From: Candidatus Omnitrophota bacterium | GTDB taxonomy: Bacteria > Omnitrophota > Gorgyraeia > Gygaellales > Profunditerraquicolaceae | NCBI GenBank assembly: GCA_028716245.1 | Contig: JAQUQW010000001.1 | Span: 549,925 to 613,924 of the forward strand | Reading direction: 5' to 3' | Length of the DNA stretch: 64,000 bases | Shown here: positions 19,441 through 26,616 of the stretch, one piece after another | Position numbering within the stretch: the first letter of the stretch is position 1 | Layout of the letters: every line of letters begins with the position of its first letter | The notes under the pieces: model-generated | Databases searched by the model: none | The model's input: the letters and a program-made list of their open reading frames with translations, nothing else | Told to the model about the DNA's origin: nothing | Position numbers and translations under genes: made by a program

Positions 19441-22353
19441 TTAGCGGATTACGGCAAAGGGGCAAATTTGGTTATAAGCGCAATAAGTGCAGGCTTTGTA
19501 TTCGGGTTTGGCCGGGTACTCTTGCTGGCGAATACCCTTAGAAACGATCAGAATATCCTCTTTTACTTCCTCTATTTTATCCTCGGTAACCTTATGCCTG
19601 CCGACAATCCCGGACTCTAAGAAGTATAACTCTACCGCGGCAGGCAAGACTCCGGAAATGTGCTGATAGGCCAGGGCATAAAGGATCAACTGCTTATTTT
19701 CCTTGACCCGCTTGTCCGCGTCCTTCTGGGTTTTGATCTCGGAGGTCTTAAAATCCATAATCACCGCTCCGTCATCCCGTATATCGATGCGGTCAAACCT
19801 GCCGGTAATCTTATTGCCTCCGATAACAAAAGAAAAAGGCTCCTCGATAAATTTGGGAGTCAAATTACGCCTTTCTTCATCCTTATAAAATCTGGATAAA
19901 GCCTCCCTGCCGATGCGAAAACGCTCCTCCTGATGATTAGAATCTAAAAAACCCTGCGGATCAAAACTAGCTTCAAAACAATCCAGGAGTTTATCCATAG
20001 ACACCTTTTCCCCTTTAAGCTTACGCAATAAATATTGGCTGACTGCCTCGTGCATTGCCCGGCCGTAAATAACCGTATGATGCTCCATAATCGGCACGCG
20101 CAGGATATTGACATATTTATATTTTAAAGGGCAGGTCAGATAATCATCGATCTGATAATAACTTAAAGTGATTAACTTATCTTCCGGGATTTCCTGGAGA
20201 GCTGATTTCGACAACTCCTTAACCGGAGTAAAACGCTGGATACTTTCAATCGCCGCGGTTTTTTTCTTTTCCACTTCTTCCACGGATTTTTTACCTAACG
20301 CCTCCAAGACAAATTGGCTTACCTTACGCAGGCGCTTGCCGCCATAATCATCAGCGCTGGTTAAATACAATTCTTCTTTGGAGCGGGTCATTCCCACATA
20401 AAAAAGCCGGCGCTCCTCCTGAGTATGAAAATCTCCGGTCGGCAAAACTTCTTTAATCAAAGCATCCGGCAATTCGATTTGCTGTGAACGTCTAGGCAGG
20501 GGAAATTTTCCCTGTACCAGGCTGACTAAAAATACCGCTCTAAATTCCAAACCTTTAGCTTTATGGATAGTCAAAATATTCACCGCATCCTGATCTAGGT
20601 CCGCCTCGACTGTCGGCGGGTCATCTCCGGAATCAATCAAGAGGTTAAGGTGTTTGATAAAACTAATTACTCTGTCCTCTTTAGCGATCAGTTCATAATC
20701 ACGCACCTGATTAAAAAATTTAGCGATGTTTTGAATCTTAGCTTCTTTTTCTAAAGTTGGATTATGGGTTAAATATTTAAGATAACCCGTATCAGTCAAA
20801 AAACTATACAGCAGCCTGCCGGTTGTCTCATTACGGGAAACCTGCAGAAATTTTTCAATTTCTTCAAGCACCCGCTTTATTTTATCCTTAGTCTGGTCCT
20901 GAACCTGGGCTAACTCCGGGATCTTTTCCAAATCGCCAAACACCGAATAAAGCGAACGGTTCCTGCGCCGGGCAAAGTGGTTGCACAATGTCAAATCAGC
21001 TAGGTTTACTTTATAGATTTCAGAACTTACCAGATAATATAAACTTAATGAATCCGAAGGATTGGCAATTACCCGCAGGAAATTAATACACAACTTGACC
21101 TCTTCCCGGGCGTATAAACCCTGGTTACCGCTAAACTGCCAGGGAATATTCTGCATATTCAGCGACTGGATAAAACTTTGGGCATCGGAATTGGAGCGCA
21201 CCAGGATGGCAAAATCCCTATACTTAAACTTACCTAAACTTACTTTATCTAGTATAATCTTACTTACATTATCAGCCTCAGCCGAATGCGTATCAAAGTG
21301 CAAATGGATTGGCTTTTCGCCCTTTTTAGTCAAGCCGATCAGGTGTTTATCGATTTTAGCTTTGACCTCAAAACGCTCGGGATTATTATTTTGGATCAAC
21401 TGGTAGGCGCTATCTAAAATTGGCTGGGTCGAGCGGTAATTCTGGATCAGGGTAATTTTTTCAGCATCAGGATATTCTTTATTGAAATTTACCAGATTAC
21501 TGTAGGCAGCTCCGCGCCAGCGATAAATACACTGGTCATCATCTCCGACAACCGTAACATTTTTTAAGGAGCCGGCAAGCAACTTGACAATTTGGAACTG
21601 CGCAAAATTAGTATCCTGGAATTCATCAACTAAAATATATTTAAATTGTTTCTGGTAATTCTGTAAAACCAAAGGATGCTCCCGCAACAGTTGTAAACTT
21701 AAATAAAACTGATTGCCAAAATCAACCAATCCTTCTCTGGCCAAAAGTTCCTGGTATTTAACGTAAGAAGCGGCTACCTCCATCTGCTGCGCTGCCAATT
21801 CTTCCGTGGCTTTGTCTTCCGGATTGCTCTTGGCCTGGATTAGAAAATCCTGCGCGTATTTTAAATACTCTTTGGCTGAAATATCCTCATCTTTTGCCCG
21901 GCTAAAAAATGAAATCAGCGCTTCGATAAAACGGGTGGGCTCAGCTAACGGCCGGTAATAATCAAGCGTGAATTCAAAAAGATGCTCGCGGAAAAACACC
22001 GCTGCCTCCGGCTGGGTGAGCACCTTAAAATCCGGATTTAATCCGGCAACTAAAGCGTTCTCGCGCAAGAGACGATCACCAAAAGCGTGAAATGTAGAGA
22101 TCCAAATATCCGTATAACCGTAAGGCATCAGGATATCCACCCTTTCCTGCATTTCCTTAGCTGCCTTATCGGTAAAAGTAAGCGCTAAGATTTCATCGGT
22201 CTTGGCCAAGCTCTGATTAATCAACCAGGCAATGCGCTGGGTAATTACGCGGGTCTTGCCCGTCCCCGCGCCGGCAATAATTAAAAGCGACCCGTCTTTA
22301 TGGGTAGCCGCCTGCACCTGCTCTTTATTTAATCCTTCTAATACTTTATCCAT
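19441..22353 (-). CDS. UvrD/PcrA-type superfamily-1 helicase fused to a C-terminal Cas4/AddB-like PD-(D/E)XK nuclease with a Cys4 cluster
   Basis: N-terminal GAGTGKT Walker A and UvrD motifs. The C-terminus has TCPLKYKY, DFKTSE and C-x2-C-x5-C (CTYCAYNQIC). Confidence 0.8.
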   Translation of the reverse strand: MDKVLEGLNKEQVQAATHKDGSLLIIAGAGTGKTRVITQRIAWLINQSLAKTDEILALTFTDKAAKEMQERVDILMPYGYTDIWISTFHAFGDRLLRENALVAGLNPDFKVLTQPEAAVFFREHLFEFTLDYYRPLAEPTRFIEALISFFSRAKDEDISAKEYLKYAQDFLIQAKSNPEDKATEELAAQQMEVAASYVKYQELLAREGLVDFGNQFYLSLQLLREHPLVLQNYQKQFKYILVDEFQDTNFAQFQIVKLLAGSLKNVTVVGDDDQCIYRWRGAAYSNLVNFNKEYPDAEKITLIQNYRSTQPILDSAYQLIQNNNPERFEVKAKIDKHLIGLTKKGEKPIHLHFDTHSAEADNVSKIILDKVSLGKFKYRDFAILVRSNSDAQSFIQSLNMQNIPWQFSGNQGLYAREEVKLCINFLRVIANPSDSLSLYYLVSSEIYKVNLADLTLCNHFARRRNRSLYSVFGDLEKIPELAQVQDQTKDKIKRVLEEIEKFLQVSRNETTGRLLYSFLTDTGYLKYLTHNPTLEKEAKIQNIAKFFNQVRDYELIAKEDRVISFIKHLNLLIDSGDDPPTVEADLDQDAVNILTIHKAKGLEFRAVFLVSLVQGKFPLPRRSQQIELPDALIKEVLPTGDFHTQEERRLFYVGMTRSKEELYLTSADDYGGKRLRKVSQFVLEALGKKSVEEVEKKKTAAIESIQRFTPVKELSKSALQEIPEDKLITLSYYQIDDYLTCPLKYKYVNILRVPIMEHHTVIYGRAMHEAVSQYLLRKLKGEKVSMDKLLDCFEASFDPQGFLDSNHQEERFRIGREALSRFYKDEERRNLTPKFIEEPFSFVIGGNKITGRFDRIDIRDDGAVIMDFKTSEIKTQKDADKRVKENKQLILYALAYQHISGVLPAAVELYFLESGIVGRHKVTEDKIEEVKEDILIVSKGIRQQEYPAKPEYKACTYCAYNQICPFAVIR

Positions 22354-22408
22354 AATAAAATTATACCACTCTAATTAAAGAATTGAAACAAAAAGGACTC
22401 AGGCGAGA

Positions 22409-22720
22409 TTATTTTAAGGTCACGGTTTGTGACCTTAAACGTAAAGGGACTACGTTGAATTTTAGGCCTAAACCAAGCGGAACTAGCATTTTTTCAAGCG
22501 TTGACATATTACTGAATTCACCACTTTCAATTTTTGAAACATGCTGTTGAGTTACCCCTACCTTTTCGGCAAATTCTCCTTGAGTTAAATTATGCTTGAT
22601 ACGATATTTAATAATCAGTTTGGCAATAATAAGCTTTTGCTGATCCAGTTCGTAAACTTCTCTAAACGCCGGATTTTTAAGCTTACCCCTTAGATGTTCT
22701 TCTACTCTCTCACTTTTCAT
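22409..22720 (-). CDS. higA: HigA-like XRE-family antitoxin/transcriptional regulator
   Basis: NPAFREVYE antidote-type N-terminus plus the HTH LTQGEFAEKVGVTQQHVSKIESGE. I took the start at the ATG at 22720, preceded by AAAGGCAGG; the track ORF begins at an upstream TTG. Confidence 0.7.
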   Translation of the reverse strand: MKSERVEEHLRGKLKNPAFREVYELDQQKLIIAKLIIKYRIKHNLTQGEFAEKVGVTQQHVSKIESGEFSNMSTLEKMLVPLGLGLKFNVVPLRLRSQTVTLK

Positions 22721-22734
22721 GATATCCTGCCTTT

Positions 22735-22924
22735 TCAATCTTTGCGCAGCGCTAAATACGCCTTTCTTCTATCTACAGCTAACTTTTTCTGATTAGCCGG
22801 TGTTTTATTGGTTTTCTTAATGAAACTATTTGTTTTGAGAATATCTGTCCAGCGCTTCAACAAACTCTTTAACCGGACACCTGCCGCTTTCGTTTTTAAA
22901 ATAAACGCATACTACACTAGACAC
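22735..22924 (-). pseudogene. degraded HigB/gp49-like (DUF891-type) toxin gene with an internal deletion plus frameshift
   Basis: GTG at 22924 gives VSSVVCVYFKNESGRCPVKEFVEALDRYSQNK, then a stop. The +1 frame continues with SFIKKTNKTPANQKKLAVDRRKAYLALRKD, the conserved toxin C-terminus, and its TGA overlaps the higA start region. Confidence 0.65.
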
Positions 22925-22940
22925 TTTCTCTACCTCTTAA

Positions 22941-22969
22941 AGTATACAACTAAATAGTTGTATTGTCAA
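22941..22969 (-). promoter_or_regulatory. TA-module promoter (TTGACA-17-TATACT) overlapped by a perfect palindromic operator ATACAACTAAATAGTTGTAT
   Basis: Minus strand: gaacTTGACAatacaactatttagttgTATACTttaagagg. The palindrome at 22944-22963 has 9-bp arms. Confidence 0.65.
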
Positions 22970-23036
22970 GTTCATAATTTTCTTCTCTACATCAATTGAC
23001 GTAGTAAGAGGTAAAATCTAACAGGTTATTTCCTTA

Positions 23037-23798
23037 TTATTTATTCCCTAATACTTCCGAGGCAGCTTTTCGGTAGACACAGAGATCACAGTCTTCCGCG
23101 GCTTGCGGAATCGTATCGCTATTTAAACACTGATGTATCTCTTTAATTGTGCCGCTAACCCAGCTATCATTGCCTTCATACGCGATAAGCGTTAAGTTAA
23201 ACTCTAATTTTGCGTCAAATTTCTCAAGCGCGGTATTACCGTTACAATATACAAAATATCCTGTGTTGATTACATTAAAACCATTACCCCGCAGCAACCA
23301 TTGGTAAATCTCCATCTGGCGCTTATATCCACCGTGCCACTCCTCATCCAAAGCATTGATTTCTTCAGGCTTGCTGGTAGACTTATAATCCACCACCATA
23401 TATTCGCCTTTACTGTTCTGCCATAAATCATCGATTGCCCCAAAGATTAGTAAATTCGTCGGCTTATCCAATACCTGAACCCCTTTGAAATTATTTCTCC
23501 ATTCATCCAACTGGGCAAGTTTTGCCGGGAACGCGTCCACTCCGTATTTTTTCATCAACGGATGCGCCTGGCCGCTTTTACGCAATAAATCAAACTCTTT
23601 TTTCAACAAGGTATCCACCGCGCTGTTTAAGGTATACGGGAACATCGGCGGAGCCCCCACCCCCAGCCGGCGGTCCAGGTAAAAACACCGCGGGCAATTC
23701 GTAAAAAGCTCAATCTTGGAACGGCTCAGCTTAAAGGGCTCGACGCTTTTAGGATTATAAAGGTTCCTGTCTCTTTTTGGCGTGTAGTATTCTGACAT
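23037..23798 (-). CDS. standalone Cas4-like PD-(D/E)XK nuclease with a Cys4 cluster
   Basis: N-terminal CPRCFY, the D...VVDYKST core, and C-terminal C-x12-C-x2-C, 253 aa. Confidence 0.65.
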   Translation of the reverse strand: MSEYYTPKRDRNLYNPKSVEPFKLSRSKIELFTNCPRCFYLDRRLGVGAPPMFPYTLNSAVDTLLKKEFDLLRKSGQAHPLMKKYGVDAFPAKLAQLDEWRNNFKGVQVLDKPTNLLIFGAIDDLWQNSKGEYMVVDYKSTSKPEEINALDEEWHGGYKRQMEIYQWLLRGNGFNVINTGYFVYCNGNTALEKFDAKLEFNLTLIAYEGNDSWVSGTIKEIHQCLNSDTIPQAAEDCDLCVYRKAASEVLGNK

Positions 23799-23805
23799 AT
23801 TTTCT

Positions 23806-24198
23806 CTATTTACGCTCTTTTACAAAAAGCGGCAATGAGGCTTTCTGCTGCCCATCGATGGCTAAATCAATCGAATACTCTCCCAGCCTCTGCAGATTTA
23901 ATCCTTGAATATTCAGAATCAAATGCGCTGAACCGGAGCTTTGCTCTTCGGGGAAATTCATGGTTATTACCCCTTGGGCGGGTGGAATGACATTTTTCCC
24001 ATCCGCGTCCACAAAATGCACCACGACTTTATGCTCTCCCCGTTCAATTTTCTCAAATCGCGCTCTCAAGGCAATCGCGCACTGTTGATGCACCGCCGGA
24101 GTTTTGGTTACCCAAATCGTGTCAAAGGCGCCAAGCATGCTAAGTTTACCGAAATCCGCGGTTGCCGCGTCACATAAAGCAAAGATTTCTATTTGCAT
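23806..24198 (-). CDS. hypothetical protein
   Basis: 130-aa ORF with no recognisable motif. Confidence 0.4.
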   Translation of the reverse strand: MQIEIFALCDAATADFGKLSMLGAFDTIWVTKTPAVHQQCAIALRARFEKIERGEHKVVVHFVDADGKNVIPPAQGVITMNFPEEQSSGSAHLILNIQGLNLQRLGEYSIDLAIDGQQKASLPLFVKERK

Positions 24199-24220
24199 CT
24201 AGGCCTCCCACTTATTTTTT

Positions 24221-24799
24221 TCAATAATTTTCCGCTAAAACTTCGTAATATGCCTGCGGATGTTTACAGGCAGGGCATTCTTTAGGCGCCTCAGTCCCTT
24301 CTACCACGTAGCCGCAGTTAATGCAGTGCCATTTAACAACCGCGTTTTTCTTAAATACTTCAGCATTGCCGATATTATTAATCAGTTTCCTATACCTGCT
24401 TTCATGAAATTTTTCTACTTTGGATATCTGCTCAAAACTCCGCGCTATCTCAGCAAACCCCTCGTCTTTTGCTATCTTGGCGAAATCCGAATAAAGAGTT
24501 GTCCATTCTAAATTTTCTCCGGCAGCGGCCGCCTCAAGATTGCTTTTGGTATCCTCAATCATTCCTGCTGGATATGCCGCGGTAATCTCCACATCACCGC
24601 CCTCCAAATGTTTAAAAAACATCTTGGCATGTTCCTTTTCGTTTTCCGCTGTCTCGCTAAAGATATTGGTGATCTGTTCGTACCCCTCTTTTCGTGCCGC
24701 GCTGGCAAAATAAGTATACCTATTCCGTGCCTGAGATTCCCCGGCAAAAGCTTTCAGGAGATTTTTCTCTGTCTTTGAACCTTTAATTGTTTTGCCCAT
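24221..24799 (-). CDS. rubrerythrin
   Basis: Ferritin-like diiron domain with E..E..H motifs and a C-terminal rubredoxin-like CINCG...CPACK. The probable start is MGKTIKG at 24799; the track ORF runs to 24814. Confidence 0.85.
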   Translation of the reverse strand: MGKTIKGSKTEKNLLKAFAGESQARNRYTYFASAARKEGYEQITNIFSETAENEKEHAKMFFKHLEGGDVEITAAYPAGMIEDTKSNLEAAAAGENLEWTTLYSDFAKIAKDEGFAEIARSFEQISKVEKFHESRYRKLINNIGNAEVFKKNAVVKWHCINCGYVVEGTEAPKECPACKHPQAYYEVLAENY

Positions 24800-24827
24800 T
24801 TTTGCCACCTCCATCCACTTCTGGTTT

Positions 24828-25064
24828 TTAATAATTGAAGAGATCCTTTAATAGATATTGTTTACCCGCGGCCTTGTTCAAAGCATTAAGTATCCGGTAT
24901 TGGATTTTTAAATTCAAACGCCTGCCTTTGGCCGCGCGAGCAACCATTTTATGCGTAATCTGCTCGGTGGAATTACTTACCAAATCATGCGACTTAAACC
25001 CATGTTCAGCCATAATTTTAGCAATCGGCTGCTCCCCAAGATCGCGTTCAATTTCGTTATTCAT
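24828..25064 (-). CDS. hypothetical small protein
   Basis: 78 aa with no recognisable family. Confidence 0.35.
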   Translation of the reverse strand: MNNEIERDLGEQPIAKIMAEHGFKSHDLVSNSTEQITHKMVARAAKGRRLNLKIQYRILNALNKAAGKQYLLKDLFNY

Positions 25065-25100
25065 GATAAAAATAGAAACGGTCCCATTATTTTTATCTTC

Positions 25101-25322
25101 TTATCCTCTCCAGAAATACAGTGATGCGGTTAAAACAATGCCAATAAGATAAAGAAACAGCGTCCCTGATATAAAGTAGGGATAGATCATTAAAACAATC
25201 CCAATAACCATCGGCCTAAATGACGCTATTTTCTTGCCATAAATAAAAGCTACAAAACCAATGGAACCGAAAATTAAACCTGCGAATAAATTAGATGGAC
25301 TAAAATTACCAAGCTGGAACAT
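25101..25322 (-). CDS. hypothetical small membrane protein with two TM helices
   Basis: 73 aa, strongly hydrophobic, in an AT-rich segment. Confidence 0.4.
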   Translation of the reverse strand: MFQLGNFSPSNLFAGLIFGSIGFVAFIYGKKIASFRPMVIGIVLMIYPYFISGTLFLYLIGIVLTASLYFWRG

Positions 25323-25436
25323 AATAAAGCCTCATCCTTGCTATAAAAGACTAGATTATATTGCTCTACATCAATTGGCTATTACTTATTGAAAAATGAA
25401 CACTTACAAAAGTAAACTTATCTTCTTATTTGTCTC

Positions 25437-26021
25437 CTACTTCGACAACGACATCTCTTCTTTTAAAAATTCTGCTTTGTTGAATTTACTGATAAATCTT
25501 CCCTGGTTTAACTTGTTTTCAACAGTTAGAAGCTCATTATATAAATATATCAAACTATCGAAACTTGAAGGATCTTTTTCTCTTTCGCGTTTAATATACT
25601 CTTCTAATAAAAAATAATATCCGTGAAGCCAATAAAAAAACATTCTCCACAGAACTTCTTTGTCAAGAACTCCTTTTCGAAATAGAATTCCTATTGTTCC
25701 AAAGAATTCAAGCACGCCCCCCTCATCTTTACAATGATTCTCGTGACAACTTTCAATAGACTTGGCAGTTTTCTTTCTAGCATCCATCATTTCGCGACTG
25801 TTAAAACGTTCATCTAGTTTTAAAATTATATCAATATTCAAAACAAGTCTGGAACGATGATTCTCCTGGATAACTGCCCAAATTGCAATTACAGCTGCAG
25901 CTACGGTCCCCCATGCACTAATCATTTCATAATGCTGAAATTTAGGGAAACTCTTTATGAGTATTATAGTAGTCAGAACCCAAAGAGCAGCAATAGTAAG
26001 CCATTTTTGCAATTTATTCAC
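25437..26021 (-). CDS. hypothetical membrane-anchored protein
   Basis: 194 aa with two N-terminal TM helices. Inferred GTG start preceded by AAGGAGGG. AT-rich codon usage. Confidence 0.45.
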   Translation of the reverse strand: MNKLQKWLTIAALWVLTTIILIKSFPKFQHYEMISAWGTVAAAVIAIWAVIQENHRSRLVLNIDIILKLDERFNSREMMDARKKTAKSIESCHENHCKDEGGVLEFFGTIGILFRKGVLDKEVLWRMFFYWLHGYYFLLEEYIKREREKDPSSFDSLIYLYNELLTVENKLNQGRFISKFNKAEFLKEEMSLSK

Positions 26022-26168
26022 TAGAACCCTCCTTCTTTAAACCCTAGAACACCTCGTTCTACACCAATTGACTTTTATCTATTATCTGGCAACTAATTAG
26101 AAATACCACTCTCTATTCTGTGCCCAAAACGTGCCCAATTTACTAAGTAATTTTTTTTAATGTATATC

Positions 26169-26275
26169 AGCGGGTGACGATGGCTGGATTCGAGGACGCT
26201 TCAGGCGGCCGAGAAACAGGCATCGGCAGGACCCGCGTAAACCGAGATTGCTTCGTCCGCCTTCGGCGGACTCGC
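26169..26275 (+). ncRNA. GC-rich structured element A (AGCGGGTGAC...GGCAGGACCCGCGTAA) plus a UUCG-tetraloop hairpin, candidate ncRNA or leader upstream of rpmB
   Basis: About 62% GC against an AT-rich background. Closing helix GCGGGU/ACCCGC, inner helix CGATG/CATCG, then GTCCGCCTTCGGCGGAC. Confidence 0.45.
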
Positions 26276-26304
26276 AATGACACGGAATTCGTATATATTC
26301 TAGC

Positions 26305-26332
26305 TTGACAACGCCGGGATTTCAAGTATACT
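26305..26332 (+). promoter_or_regulatory. rpmB promoter TTGACA-16-TATACT
   Basis: TTGACA at 26305-26310 and TATACT at 26327-26332. The RBS AAAGGA lies 8 nt before the ATG at 26362. Confidence 0.55.
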
Positions 26333-26361
26333 TATTAAACTAAATTGAAAGGATATTTAAA

Positions 26362-26616
26362 ATGCTTAAAGAATGCGTAATCTGTAAAAAAGTCGCCCTT
26401 ACCGGAAAAGTTTTATCCAGAAAAGGACAGTATAAGTCCAAGGGCGGAACCGGTTCCAAGATCGCCCGCTGGAGCAAACGCAAATTTCTGGCCAATCTTC
26501 AGACTGTGCATATAGTAGTTAATGGCACGCCGAAGAAGGCCTACATCTGCACCAAGTGCATCAAAAAAGGCAATTTCCAAAAAGCGGTTCCCAGAAAACC
26601 CAAACCTGCTATTTAA
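26362..26616 (+). CDS. rpmB: 50S ribosomal protein L28 (zinc-ribbon type)
   Basis: CVICKK...RKFLANLQTVHIVVNGTPKKAYICTKC matches the bL28 consensus (RRFLPNLQ...VNG.PKK.Y.S). Overlaps recJ convergently by 8 nt. Confidence 0.85.
   Translation: MLKECVICKKVALTGKVLSRKGQYKSKGGTGSKIARWSKRKFLANLQTVHIVVNGTPKKAYICTKCIKKGNFQKAVPRKPKPAI

Noticed and set aside
22414-22438. Perfect 10-bp-stem palindrome TTAAGGTCAC-ggttt-GTGACCTTAA as a terminator between higA and the helicase gene.
   Set aside because: It encodes the last 8 codons of the higA-like ORF and is not followed by a U-tract on the transcribed strand. It may be a weak terminator, but the evidence is insufficient.
26169-26240. A tmRNA-like 5-prime motif (GGGUGACGAUGGCUGGAUUCGAGGAC resembles the tmRNA acceptor/D region GGGGCUGAUUCUGGAUUCGACGGG).
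   Set aside because: A 350-nt tmRNA body would overlap the clearly genuine rpmB (L28) ORF, and no T-arm or ACCA 3-prime end is present downstream. I treated it as an unrelated structured element; arfB is present as an alternative rescue factor.
26169-26275. Known riboswitch classes (ZTP, fluoride, THF, glycine, SAM, TPP, preQ1) for the GC-rich elements at 26169 and 55685.
   Set aside because: None of the conserved signature blocks are present, and the two downstream genes (rpmB, tgt) share no metabolite logic.
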